In this document: piece after piece, positions 1-12,356 of the stretch | Layout of the letters: each line of letters begins with the position of its first letter | Numbering within the stretch: position 1 is the first letter of the stretch | NCBI GenBank assembly: GCA_964016885.1 | Contig: OZ024745.1 | Span: 88,784,001 to 88,848,000 of the forward strand | Length of the DNA stretch: 64,000 nt | DNA from: Eledone cirrhosa | Taxonomy: Eukaryota | Reading direction: 5' to 3' | Translations under genes and position numbers: made by a program | Notes under the pieces: model-generated | What the model was told of the DNA's origin: nothing | The model's database searches: none | The model's input: only the letters and a program-made list of their open reading frames with translations

Positions 1-7
1 TATAATG

Positions 8-97
8 TTTTCCCTTTCATCCCTACGTGGCGGATACCTCAAAGCACCTGCAACACACCAGGACAATTGCTGGCCCCGTGCCAAAAGCAGAAGCACT
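8..97 (+). mobile_element. Diverged 3' half of the tRNA-derived SINE family seen at 6985-7170
   Basis: ttccctttcatccctacg...caattgctggccccgtgccaaaagcagaagcac aligns by eye with ttgcctttcatccttacg...taattgctgaccttgtgcctaaagtagaaacaat of the 6985 copy. Confidence 0.5.
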
Positions 98-98
98 T

Positions 99-920
99 AT
101 AATTATTATATTATAGTTCAGATTTGACATTGTTTAAACTAAACATTTTGAGAGAGTTTAGAGATATAATAACATAATTATTTTGGTGTTGTTGTTGTTG
201 TTGTTAGCTGTTTGACCGAGACACTAATCAAGTCTATTTATATCTTTTGATACCTTCATCGCTTCTTTTCATGTGTAGCGGAAATACCACCCCTCTCTTA
301 AGTAGTGAGGGAATAGTGGCGGTAGCGATGATGCAGTGGCGACGGTGGCGATGGGGCAGCAGTACTATCGGGATGGTGCCGGTCTGTATTTGGCAAGATT
401 TTTTTTGTGGTAGTGGTGATGATGATGGTGGCGGCGGCGGCGGTGATGGTACTGGCGGTGCAGTATTTGTCTGTTATTTCCTAGCCATTTTCTTTTCTGA
501 CTATAAAAACAATTATTATTATATTATAGTTTAGATTTGACAGCGTTTAAACTAAACATTTTGAGAGAGTTTAGAGATACAACAATATAATTATTTTGGT
601 GTTGTTGTTGTTGTTGTTAGCTGTTTGACCGAGTCACTAACCCAGTCTATTTATATCTTTAGATACCTTGCTCGCTTCCCTTCATGCAGAGCGGCATCAC
701 CACCCCTCTCTAAAGCAGTGAGGGAACAGTGGCGGCTGCAACAATGCAGCGGCGGCGGTGTGGATGGGACAGCAGCGCCATAGGGATGGTGCTGGTCTGT
801 ATTTAGCTAGATTTTTTGTGGTAGTATGGATGGTGATGGTGGCGGCGGCGGTGGTGGTGGTGGTGCTGGTGGTGAAGTTATTTGGCTGATATTTTCTAGC
901 CATTTTCTTTTTATTATTAT
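99..920 (-). repeat. Two tandem ~413-bp units related to the 5'UTR of Dong/R4-type elements
   Basis: agatttgac recurs at 120 and 533; minus strand gaaggtatcaaaagatataaatagacttgattagtgtctcggtcaaa resembles the Dong 5'UTR at ~35829-35875; ACC/GGT-rich tracts. Confidence 0.55.
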
Positions 921-929
921 TTTCTTAGT

Positions 930-3900
930 GAGGACTCCAACTCCCTATAAGTGTAGAAGGAAGACGCCCAAAATGTTATCTCTGCGGGTCGAAGGGTCAC
1001 TTCAGGGCCTTTTGCCCGAAGAAGACAGCAAAGAAGGCCCCTCTCCTTCCAATACCTGGTCCACTGCTATCAAGAGCAGGGCAGGCAACAAACGAAGAAG
1101 CTCCTTCCACAGTGAGAAGGAGGGCAACGTCCGTAGCACCCGTACCAAGGCCACGGACAACTAAAGCAGCATCAACAGTGGCGGCAACACCAATAACTAC
1201 ATTTGAAGTAGCTACACCAGCAACAAAATTGCCGAAGAGGGCTCCACTACCACCACCAACAGCCGTGGAGCACATACCCCTCCCAGACGCCACAGAATCT
1301 GACATGGAGTTTGAGGCGGGAGAGAAGTGGCAAACGGTCTGCCACAAAAAACAAAAAGAAAAACACCCTTAGCTTCAAAAGCGAAGGCATACAAAGAGGG
1401 ATAAAGGCAGCAAGGAAACTTGCAGCACAACCACCACCAGCACCACCACAAACACCACTGACAACAACAACCACACCACCACCAGCATCACCAAAAGCAC
1501 CAACAACGCAAACACAACAACACAAACACACCAAACAGCAACAAAATCACCCCTCCCACCAAAAGGTACACAGCCATAAACATGGCAAACAAAAAAGAAC
1601 TCATACAATATATGAAGTAGCACACATACATCACAGAAAAAAACTACTCCACCCCACCAACACCAAGAACTCTCCCGACAAACATAAGCATCAGCGAAAT
1701 CTCAATAGAACAGTACAAACCTTTAAAACAAAAAATCCCCAACGCAGTTGGAGACTTCAGAGGGTCGGTTACCAAGAGGATATATACTGACATCCTCTTG
1801 GAAACACTCATGACCAGCGAAAGGGACGGTTCTACTGTCCCTTCACCACACGATCAAAGTAAGTGACCCTTTCTCACTTGCCCCGTTTCTCATCCAACAT
1901 GGCCGTACTCAGAATAGGCAGTATAAATGCACGTGGTATGGGGTCATCTTGGAAGCATGGTCACCTGCTCAACGACCTCAGGTCACAAAACATAGATGGC
2001 CATCAGTGAAACCAGATTCTCCGAAGCACAAGCCTTCGCACCGATCTTCGGCGGCTACAATGTATACGCATCTCCCAGCCGTCCAGGATCGGGGGGAGGG
2101 GTTGCCGTCCTTTTTGGGAGAGGCTTGGATCTCGCGATACGGGCCATCTTCCTAGACCCAAAAGGTAAGTCGGTGGTGCTGGACGTGACCGGCAGCGGAG
2201 GCAATGCTTTCAGGCTAGTAGCCGTCTACGCCCCAACAGGGGCAGGACGGCCAGATTTCTTCAGACGTCTAGAGACCTTTCTTGGAACGTCCCGCTCTTC
2301 AGTGTTAGTGGGCGACGGTATCTTAGATGCACGCTGGGATTGTGTGGGATTAGTGGATAGGGAAGGAGGGTGCAAGTGTCTCACCAACCTGCTCAGGCGT
2401 TTTGAACTGTCTGACAGGTACCGAATGGATTTCCCGAATGTACCAATGTGGACTTGGACAAATCGCATAGGGTCATCCAGATCATATCTAGATAGAGTAT
2501 TTTGTAGGGAAATAGATAGGTATAGCATAGGCTGTCCACAATTCAAGATAGTCAGCTACACGGACCACAAATTCGTGATCTGTGTGCTTGACTTAGATAG
2601 GCTTCATAGACGAGGACCCGGCTACTGGAGGCTAAACGCGTCCTTACCAGCGCGCAAGGCCTACAGAGACCGGATTAGTGAACTAGTTAAGCGGGCGTTG
2701 ACGGAGGCCATCGTCAATAACAAGTGGTGGTTTGCTCTGAAAAAAGCAATTAGAATAGAATCCATTAGGTTTAGTAAGACTTTAGCAATAGAGAAAAATA
2801 GAGCAGAGGGAGAATTAGTTAGAAAATTAGACGAGGCGCTTAGCAAAGGCATCGCGACCGACGTACTTGCGGCGAAATTGGCCCTTGACCAATTCTTCAA
2901 TGCAAAGCACGAAGGTTGCGTTGTCAGAGCTAGGGTGCGTGCTCTCAGACACGAGGGAACGAAAGCCGTTCAATGGGCCCGAGTGGCGGAGGCGCGTCGT
3001 GGCAATAAAGCCACGATCCGGTCTTTGCTGGACCACGACGGGCGCATGCTACTCGATCCCGGGCAAATGTGTGAAGCTTTTCAGCGACACTTCGTTCGGG
3101 GGCAGCGGCGGGCCGGATCGAGGGATGGACTTTAGTGTCTACCTAGACGGACTGCCGCGGCTTTCGGCCACTCAGGCGGAGTGTTGCGAAAAGCCGATAA
3201 CAACCGCTGAAGTACGGGAGGCAATGACTGGCTGCACAAGGGGTAAATCGCCTGGTTTAGATGGTCTGCCCTATGAACTTTACATACAAATGCCAGACTT
3301 CTTCGGAGGCCTCTTGGCGGATGTCTACTGCAACTGGCAACAGAACGGGAGAATTCCCAGCTCTGTGAGCCGAGGAGCGGTGGCACTGCTGAGAAAGGAT
3401 CCGAACAAGGGCGATAACATAGATAATTTTAGGCCCATAACTCTGCTAAACACAGAGTTCAAGATTTTGGCCAAGGTGCTAGCAAAGAGGTTGGAGCTTG
3501 TCGTTGTTGGTCTGGTGGGAGAGGCACAGACATGCGCCATTCCCGACAGATCCATCCACGACAACCTCCACCTCATGCGATACATCGTAGAGAGGGTAGC
3601 TAGGGAACCTGGCACTGTGGGTCTTTGATCAATTTAGATCAGACGAAAGCCTTCGATAGGGTCGACCATCGTTACCTAGCGGCAGTCCTGAGGGCGGCTG
3701 GCTTTGGGCCCATCTTCAGAGGCTGGATCGCTGCCATGCACAGCGACATCTGCTCTGTAGTGAGAGTGAACGGTCACCTTTCGGAACCGTTCAACATCAT
3801 GCACTCGGTCCGCCAAGGATTTCCCCTCTCGTCCCTATTGTACGTATTGACTCTCGAGCCATTACTGCACAAACTGGAGACGTTGAGGGGGGTCCCGCGC

Positions 3901-5540
3901 GAACTAGGATGCGGAAGATCCGTGTCAGCATATGCGGACGATGTCACCGTAGTGGTGTCGAACGCCAAACACATCGAGGCGATCGGCACTACACTAAGAG
4001 AATACGAAGCGGTGACAGGAGCAATGATCAACCAGGAAAAGTCAGTGGGCCTGCAGCTCGGCACCTGGAGAGGCAGGTCCATGCCGTCCAACAGCGCCGT
4101 CAGGCACTGGACGGAGGGACCGGTTAAATTGCTAGGGGTCTGGTTCGGTCCAGACCTCCAGACGGACAAAAACTGGGACGAGGTGACGATCAGGGTGGCT
4201 TCTCTCTCCCAGAAATGGGCCGAGAGGAAGCTATCCCTGAAAAGTCGAGCGGACGTGGCCAACGCGTACATCGCGTCCGTCATCTACTACCGCCTGACCG
4301 TCGTACCTTGTCCTAAGCCCCGCCTGACTGCGCTGGAGCGTTTGCTCTTTCGCTTCTTGTGGAAGGGACGCGCTCCGATGGTCAGGCGGTCCATCTGCTG
4401 TCAACACCCGCTACGTGGAGGGCTGGGCATGCCGTGGCTGATGATGCGCAGGCACGCGCTCAGGCTACGACATCTCCACCTCTTCCTCGACGGTGATCAG
4501 GTGTGGTCGCCGTTTGTTAGACGCATTTTTCCCCAGCTCGTTTCCTTGACGGAGCTGCAGTCCTGGGTCAAGCGAAGACCGAGAGGGAGCGCCTGGAGAC
4601 TGGAATGTCTTCAGGCGCTCACAGCCCTCGACCAATCGGGCAATGTGATCGGTGGAAACTCCACCTCGGCGTTCTATAGAGGATTAGTGGAGGGGAAGAG
4701 CGACGACGTACTTGGGGAAACTCTAGGCGTCGACGAAAATCAACTAGCCAATCTCTTCGGAAGAACTTTCGGGCCGGGGCCTATGGACAACTTCCAGAAA
4801 TCTCTGGCCTGGCAGTGCTACCGAGGAGCCTTGCCAGTTCGGGATAAACTCTACAGGCATGGAGGTGCCGTCAGCCGGGCATGTCCGAGATGCGCGCAGG
4901 GCGACGAAACCGTCCTGCACGCACTCGTCTAGTGTCCGAAAATTGCTGACTTGTGGGTTTATGTCGAACACCTGCTGTCGCGTTTAGGACGGATCCGGCT
5001 ATCATCTGAGTCCATCGTGAGGATTGCCCCGCCCTCCTCCTTTAGCCGGGAAGGGCAGGCAGTTTTTATCTGTCTGGTGGCCATGGCGAAAGAGATAGTA
5101 TGGTGGACACGTTTGAAAGGGCTGAAGACGAGCACTTACCTCTTCGGTGATGCTCTGATTGACTTTTTCAAATTTCATTTGAAAAGGAAAATCAGAGTAG
5201 AGAGGGAAGTGCTCTCTTCCCAGCATTTTGTTGAAAGATGGGTGAGAGAAGCAAGAATGGCCCGAGTGAATGGGCCTACTCTGAGTATATATCTGTAAAT
5301 TAAAGGTGGAAAACTGGGAGAGGGCACTTGCCTTGGTGGTCAGGGGCATTGTGGCTTTTTACTGGGCTTTCTCCACAAATGTCCCTCCGAAGTCTCCCCC
5401 CTATTGGGGAATTTTTCTTTGTTATTTTATTACATCCTCTGTTTTTTTACACGCAGAAACGCCCATTTGTACCGTCCTGTATTGTCCTGTACTGTCCTTA
5501 ATGTCTACTTTATGTAGACCGTTGTGGTTAATAAAGAAAG

Positions 5541-5578
<38 letters not shown>
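930..5578 (+). mobile_element. Tx1-type (L1 clade) non-LTR retrotransposon, 5'-truncated inside ORF1, (TTA)n tail
   Basis: ORF1 remnant with CYLCGSKGHFRAFC knuckle; ORF2 APE-RT; 3'UTR ending AATAAAGAAAGCA(TTA)n. Confidence 0.93.
1899..5298 (+). pseudogene. Tx1 ORF2 (APE endonuclease + reverse transcriptase), frameshifted, with premature stops
   Basis: Split ORFs 1996-3135, 2867-3628, 3625-4932, 4951-5298; motifs SYLDRVF, TDHK, KAFDRVDH, AYADD; TAG at 4930-4932. Confidence 0.92.
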
Positions 5579-5611
<33 letters not shown>

Positions 5612-5641
5612 GTTATGTAATAAACAACATAAGACAATTAT

Positions 5642-5702
5642 TTCATTAACCAGTGGTTTCTTGAAGGCAGATGTAAAACATAGCTTCAGTCGTCAGAATG
5701 AA
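5642..5702 (-). ncRNA. Type I hammerhead ribozyme motif
   Basis: Minus strand UUCAUU-CUGACGA-C-UGAAG...CUUCA-A-GAAA-CCACUGG-UU-AAUGAA: helix I 6 bp, helix II 5 bp above a C.A pair, helix III ACC/GGU, GUU triplet. Confidence 0.75.
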
Positions 5703-5789
5703 TATATAATGTGGTGGTTTTATTAAATATGGATTTGAAGACAAAATTTAGGAATTATGAGAGCGAGGCTGAAAAAACGGGCGAAAAGG

Positions 5790-6165
5790 AATTAGGGGAA
5801 AACATATATAAATTAATATCCAGAACATAAACAAACACACACGTGTACTTTCTCACATAAGGGTATTTGTGTCTACATGGAAATACGAACATGCACATAA
5901 ATATAAACCACACAAAAGACCGCGGCCACCCTGACCACCAGGGCAAGCGCCTTCTCTCAATTTTCCATCTCTCAAACTACATACGTATATTCAGAGTGGT
6001 CCCGTTCACTCGGACCATTCTCGCTACATTCACCCACCTTTCACCAAACTTGCACACAAATTTATATCTACTCATATATGTACACACAAAAACATAGACA
6101 CGCATAAAAAAAAAGTGTATACTCTCTTTTTTTTACATGTGGGTGTGTGTGTTTGTGTGTACATA
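5790..6165 (+). repeat. Leader shared by both HHR arrays (second copy 12994-13237), interrupted here by a Tx1 fragment
   Basis: aattagggRaaaacatatataaattaatatccagaa...gtgtactttctcacataagggtattt...tacatgtgggtgtgtgtg is nearly identical at both loci. Confidence 0.85.
5906..6050 (-). mobile_element. Short Tx1 fragment (ORF2 end and start of 3'UTR)
   Basis: ggccaccctgaccaccaggg...gtatattcagagtggtcccgttcactcggaccattctcgctacattcacccacctttca matches 39900-40010. Confidence 0.85.
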
Positions 6166-6193
6166 TGCATAAGTTAAGTATATACTTTCAAAC

Positions 6194-6280
6194 GTTCAAT
6201 CGACTGACAGGAAAGTGTACGGTGCTGATGACAGCTAATTAGCTAGAAACTAGTTTATCGTTCCTTTGTCAGTGTTGAAC
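6194..6280 (+). ncRNA. Type I hammerhead ribozyme, array 1 copy 1
   Basis: ACGGUG-CUGAUGA-C-AGCU-AAUU-AGCU-A-GAAAC-UA-GUU-UAUCGU; distal helix I ACUGACAG/UUGUCAGU and GUUCAA/UUGAAC; predicted cut after 6255. Confidence 0.82.
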
Positions 6281-6621
6281 AAAAGTGCAACGATGGTTGC
6301 CGAACACTGTACAGTTAATAATTGGGGCTGTTTGTTTACAAACAAACCGAACATTATAATAAATGTTCGGTAAACCCATACGTACATATATATATATGTG
6401 TGTGTTTATGTATATACATACTACCGTACGTCTTTATATATATATGTATGTACGTATACATACTTATATTTATGTATCAGCCGTACTAAGAGTGAGAAAT
6501 GAAAATTCATTTCATTTTTTCCGTTTATCGTTTGCGGTGCGCCCGGCCGATTAACTCTCTTGATATGCAGATTAGGCTGCTCAGCCGTTAATATGCATAA
6601 GGAAAGTATATACTTTCAAAC

Positions 6622-6708
6622 GTTCAATCGACTAACAGGAAGGTATACGGTGCTGATGACAGCTAATAAGCTAGAAACTAGTTCACCGTTCCATTGTCAG
6701 TGTTGAAC
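6622..6708 (+). ncRNA. Type I hammerhead ribozyme, array 1 copy 2
   Basis: Perfect helix I ACGGUG(6647-52)/CACCGU(6684-89); CUGAUGA 6653-59; GAAAC 6674-78; predicted cut after 6683. Confidence 0.85.
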
Positions 6709-6984
6709 AAAAGGGCAACGATGGTTGCCGAACACTGTACGGCTAATAATCCGGGCTGTTTGTTTACAAACAAACCGAGTATTATAATAAATGTTCGGTA
6801 AACCCACACGTACATATATATATGTGTGAATGTATGTATGTATATACAAACTACTGTTCGTCTTTATACATATATGTATGTACGTATACATACTTACATT
6901 TAAGTATCAGCCGTACTAAGAGTGAGAAATGAAATTTCATTATATATATATAATATTTCATTATATATATATATATATATCCAT

Positions 6985-7170
6985 GGCGGTGGATTGGCAG
7001 TATCGGTGGAGGGTCGGGCGCCATGCTTTCCAGCATAGTTACGTCCCTTTACGATCTGAGTTCAAATCCCGCCGAGGTTGACTTTGCCTTTCATCCTTAC
7101 GGGGTCGATAAAATAAAGTACCAGTAATGCACTGGGTAATTGCTGACCTTGTGCCTAAAGTAGAAACAAT
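6985..7170 (+). mobile_element. tRNA-derived SINE (octopus-type)
   Basis: A-box-like tggcagtatcgg, B-box gagttcaaatcc, body gaggttgactttgcctttcatcc...ggggtcgataaa; further copies at 12759 and 50529. Confidence 0.85.
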
Positions 7171-7186
7171 TACATATATATATATA

Positions 7187-7457
7187 TCACAGAAAAAACG
7201 AGAATCAGTGTTGCGCCGAATGGAATTTATTGGACATATTACAATCGTTTCTCTGCCGACCACCTCGATGCACGATCGTCGTGATAATTGAACCTGACTC
7301 GCAAGGTTCTCAGATACGTCTTGATCCTACGAAGCAGTTTTTCCAGGATCTTCCGAATTTCACATCGATCGTGCCTCGAACTGGTCGCCAGAGAAACCAT
7401 TGTAATATGTCCAATAAATTCCATTCGTCGCAACACTGATTCTTTTTTTTTCTGTGA
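7187..7457. mobile_element. MITE-like foldback with ~98-bp imperfect terminal inverted repeats
   Basis: tcacagaaaaaa..gaatcagtgttgcg..gaatggaatttattggacatattacaat at the left end is mirrored by attgtaatatgtccaataaattccattc..cgcaacactgattc..tttctgtga at the right end. Confidence 0.75.
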
Positions 7458-7533
7458 CATCAAACTCTGCTCTATTAGAGCATCGAGTGCTCATACGGCC
7501 TACCGCATACGGACGCTTTAAGCATCCAACACC

Positions 7534-7536
<3 letters not shown>

Positions 7537-7614
<78 letters not shown>
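7537..7614. repeat. (TA)n microsatellite
   Basis: Direct. Confidence 0.95.
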
Positions 7615-7616
<2 letters not shown>

Positions 7617-9239
7617 AATTAAATTATTCATACATTCTTATAGAACCTTTATTCATCTATATATATAACCTTGCACTTCCACACAGATTTATACACATGC
7701 AACAATATATCAGGAAAATAATACAGCCCAGTAAGACTGTTGCTCATCTCAAAACAGTTTCAAACTATTCGCCACCCAATTCTTTCATTTCCTTCAACAT
7801 CACCAGTTATGTACGATTGATTAAGCTACCAATTCCAGACTTTACGTGGCACTTAATACAGAATTTGGTTGTCACTTGAGTATATGTTAATCACTAGATT
7901 ATGTATAACTTATTCCAATAGCTGTGTCGAATATTCTGAGGTAAACTATGGAAACGAAATATCTCACCTCAGTTTCTTTAGAGATTTTAGAAAAATGGTT
8001 TGGAAAATGGCGCAAATGCCAATTTGAATTAATGTAAAGGACTCCTTTAATCCGAATTCAGATGTATTTGTGATGCGATGCCAAGTTCGCATAAAAACAT
8101 TTTTATTCTTTAGCCTTCCATGTACTCTTTGGACTATACTGAGAAAACAAACGAGGATTCGCCGCCTACTGTTTATTAGAATGCTTCAGTTCAGCAGACT
8201 TCATGAAAAATAAATTACATACAAATATATCTAGAAAAACAAGTTGATCGTAAATTATCACTGACAACATGATTATGTTACATATGCAAACATCTACACA
8301 AATGTGGGTTAATAAAATAAATCGGTGTATATAAATGGATTATTTGTATACAGGTGGCAATATATATTCGAAAGTATAATACATGACACATGTTGAAAAA
8401 TTTCAAATTTCATGCTTTGGCTCTTACAATCCAGTTATACAGATAAAACAGAAATGACATTTTAGTTATCGGCAAAAGATGTCAGAAATATGTGTTAATT
8501 GATATAGCGGTGTAAGGAGGTCTCTGTATTGCCCAAAAGGTATTCCATATTTTCAACAACTTACAGATTCTGTTAGAAATCTCAAGTGTGGTGAAGAAAG
8601 TGAAGAAGTGGAATAAATAAATGGAGTCGGAAATTTAGATTCATTGGATAGAATTATTCTAATCTACCTCGAGCTCCTACAATCGAAATCAAATATAAAT
8701 CCAATAGTCCTATAAAATACGAAAAAATTGTTGTTTTGAATTTGCTTTCAGTATTGTTAGAGGATAAAATAAAAGTATGAATAATAGAAATATACTACAT
8801 TGTGCATCTATTTAGCACTAATACAATCGTTAATGCCGTTAAATCGACCAGATTTTATCCCCAGACAGTTGTTGCCTATGAATTCCTATATCATTAATCT
8901 GGTTACAATTCTAGAAAATAACAATTTGCAGTTTAAAGTTCTACTTCATATTTGAAAGAAATTAAGTTATATTCATACATTAGTTTGTCTCATGGAATAT
9001 AATAAACACAAACAGGGGACATAATACTGGTTGTTTTCAATTGAATTCATAACATTTCATTTATTTTTCAAATGCCACCAGAAACATTAAGAATATTGAT
9101 TTTTTCATTAATGTTCAAAATGTTTCCCGTGACATTAGAAAAGTAAGTGAAATGAGAAAGGGTTGCAGGTGGCGGATAGTTGTACGGAAGGTTAAAATGG
9201 CGATTGTTTAGATCAGTAATTTCCTTTTCAGCTATTAAA

Positions 9240-10285
9240 TTCTGTTGGCGTAGGGACTTGGAGTGGCACCTGTTGGCAGGACGTTAAAGATGCAATCCGA
9301 AAAACGGAGAAGGCTTACAAAGCTTGGCTTGGAAATAAGTCCTCCTTATTACACTTGCCTTACAAGCAGGCGAGAAAAGTGGTGACAGAGACAATAACGG
9401 TGTCCAAAGTTAAGACATGGGAGGACTGGGTTTAAACTGGAATAAAACTTTAGATCAGCACATAAATTGTTCTAGTATACCATCCACCAACTTCATAATA
9501 ATAAGTCGATCTCTACGCCTGCTATCGGGAATAAGTCTGGGGTCCTCTTCTCTGAAGGCAGGTTTATCCTCTGGAGATATAGAGAATATTTTGCTGGTCT
9601 TCTAATTTCGGTCTCAAGAACATATTCAGACGTACATGAGAGGCATCTACGAGAGATGCCTAATCTCTTGGAGGCTGAGATCCTTAGTGCAATTAAAAAG
9701 CTTAAATGCGGCAAGTGTTCTGGGAGGATTGAAATTCGGCCCTAGGTATTAAAAGCCTTAAATAGAGAATGCTGGATGGACTGGATTTTTAGAAAGGCAC
9801 CTAAACAATGGCAATCGGGAGATAATCCTAATTTTCAAAGAGGGAGACAAGAGTGCTTACTTTAACCATAGAGAGATCTACTTGCTAAGTCTTCACGATA
9901 AAGTCTATACTAAGGGTCTGGTAATGAGATGTAGGGATATTTCCAAGTCCAAGCCAGCTGACGAACAATATGATTTTCGCTCCGAACACAATACAACCAT
10001 CCAAATATTCACAGAGCAGCAGGAATCATGGAATTATTCCCAAGATATGAATGCTTGTTTCGTAAAAATATACGACCGCGTCCCAAGGGACTTTTTGTGA
10101 AGGTGTCTGCAGAACTATGAAATCAATGAACAGCTTCTTGCTGCCATGAAATCTCTATATGAATCCCTTAGTATTTGAGTTCGGATAAATGGTGCTAAGT
10201 CGAATTCATTCAATATAAGAATCAGACTCCACTAAGGGTTCGTCCTGTCACCTCTACTGTTTATAATCTTTATAAATAGAAGTAA
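9240..10285 (+). pseudogene. Heavily decayed RTE-like LINE reverse transcriptase fragment
   Basis: Translatable remnants VKDAIRKTEKAYKAWL, EILSAIKKLKCGK, DEQYDFRSEHNTTIQIF, KIYDRVPR, GFVLSPLLFIIFI. Confidence 0.75.
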
Positions 10286-10594
10286 GTTAGAACGTAGAAT
10301 GTGATTTAATAGAATGTTTGCTATTATTGGTTAAAAGGTTATTGGTCACATGAGGCTTTCATGATGGCAAATGGCATTGAGGTAAAGGGTGCTAAAGATC
10401 AAATTTATAACAATATTCTGTTATTGATCCACCACTGTAAAATATATTTTCATCAACAGATTCAGGTCTGGTCATAATAGTATAGAAATATATAATCTTC
10501 ATCTGTCCAAATAAAGACCTACATTAATATTGACAGCTAAATATTATATAATTTATATAAGTCTGCATATACACACACACGTACATGCACACAG

Positions 10595-11082
<488 letters not shown>

Positions 11083-11094
11083 TGTATACATATA

Positions 11095-12170
11095 TATTTC
11101 GTTTCTGAATTTGTTTAGGAAGATACTTTATCTGAAAACGTGTGTTGAAACCGATATTGTTATACTTTGGGGCGGTCATTTTGCCAATAAGAAACACATG
11201 CACCAGTTACTTTCACTCCAATTTATTATAAGTAAAATTATAAATTAAAAAAAATTATAAATTTACGGTTGGTTGGTTGCTTTCACAACCTGACGGTTGT
11301 TCATATATTGTCAAAGTTCTTTCGTCACACAATCTGTGACCTCTTCAGTGACTGGGGATTCTTTTCTTTTTTTTGTGCCTCCCCTTTGTTCTGTCCTACG
11401 CCATCTTGTTTTTGAGTGTGTTGTGTACTTAGTTTGCGCATGTGTTACATCCGGGTGTCTGTGTGTGTTTTTATTTGTTTATTTATTTGTTTATTTACAT
11501 GTTACTGGTTGGTTGTTTGTTCTATGTGTGTGTGTTTTCATTTTGTCCTTAATTGTAAGTTGTGATGTTGCTATTCCATTCATATTTTCTATTTAATTTT
11601 GGTTGGAGTTCATTTTTTTTATTGCCTCTGTGATTTGTCTAAACATTGCGTCTTTTCTGTGTGTAGAGTTTATTTTTATTTTTATGTTCTCTAATTTGCC
11701 CTTATGTTCCATTTTAGCATATTGGTGGAGTACTGATGACTCTTTTCTATCTTGAAGCTCTCGCCAGTGTTCTTTAATCGTTCTCCTATACTACGAGCTG
11801 TCTCAACCTATGTACACTATATTCTTTTCTTTACATTGTCATTCAGTACATCTTATGCTATATACTATGCTTCTAGTGTTACAGTTAATATGGGGGCTTA
11901 GTTTACAGATTATGCATTTCTTATTTATACAGGGAGGTCATTGGAAAGGGTATGTATTACTAATAAGTGTTTTTATGGAGGTACCTGCTCTTTATACTAT
12001 CTTAATATTTAGTTTAAGTTTATCAAGGGCCGTTCTAAATTTGTAAGCTAATTCAACTCTAGAGGTTGTATTGATGAACATTACACTCTGGTATTTATTG
12101 CTATCATACCATGAGTTTATCATACCATGAACTTGTTTATAGAATTATTTCTGCCTTTGTCACTCTAAAT
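11095..12170 (-). mobile_element. Penelope-like element 3' fragment: Cys-rich linker, GIY-YIG endonuclease and pseudo-LTR
   Basis: Minus-strand translation with stops: KYQSVMFI..KLNIKIV*RAGTSIKTL..CIICKLSPHINCNTRSIVYSIRCTE*QCKEKNIVYIG*..GERLKEH..DAMFRQITEAIKK..PKLNRKYEWN; HHR downstream on the same strand. Confidence 0.85.
11310..11352 (-). ncRNA. Minimal type I hammerhead ribozyme in the Penelope pseudo-LTR
   Basis: GUCA-CUGAAGA-G-GUCACA-GAUUG-UGUGAC-GAAAG-AA-CUU-UGAC. Confidence 0.78.
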
Positions 12171-12305
12171 ATAAATTAGAGCTTTAAAGAATTAGCTTTT
12201 AATGAATTCCCTTTTCTTTCAACCAATAACCTCCACCAATTCCACTCCCCATCCTCTCCTACCACCAGAAAATATATATATACCACCACATTTATTTGGA
12301 CAGTC

Positions 12306-12356
12306 AGATTCCTGATGATTTCTCAAGAATGAAACAGTTCTAGTCCTGTAGAATCT
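12306..12356 (+). ncRNA. Type I hammerhead ribozyme with a closed helix III
   Basis: AGAUUC-CUGAUGA-U-UUC-UCAA-GAA-U-GAAA-CAG-UUCUAGUC-CUG-UA-GAAUCU; GUA triplet, predicted cut after 12350. Confidence 0.8.

Larger units (their letters stand above)
6166..6940 (+). repeat. HHR-containing tandem array 1 (~1.8 units, period 428 bp), retrozyme-like
   Basis: CTGATGA at 6225 and 6653; unit rich in hairpins; no ORF. Confidence 0.88.

Noticed and set aside
7620-9240. Possible host exons in AT-rich unique-looking DNA
   Set aside because: No ORF or recognisable domain; cannot be supported without transcript data
11734-11760. CTGATGA inside the PLE region
   Set aside because: No helix II or GAAA follows; it is antisense of the GIY-YIG coding sequence
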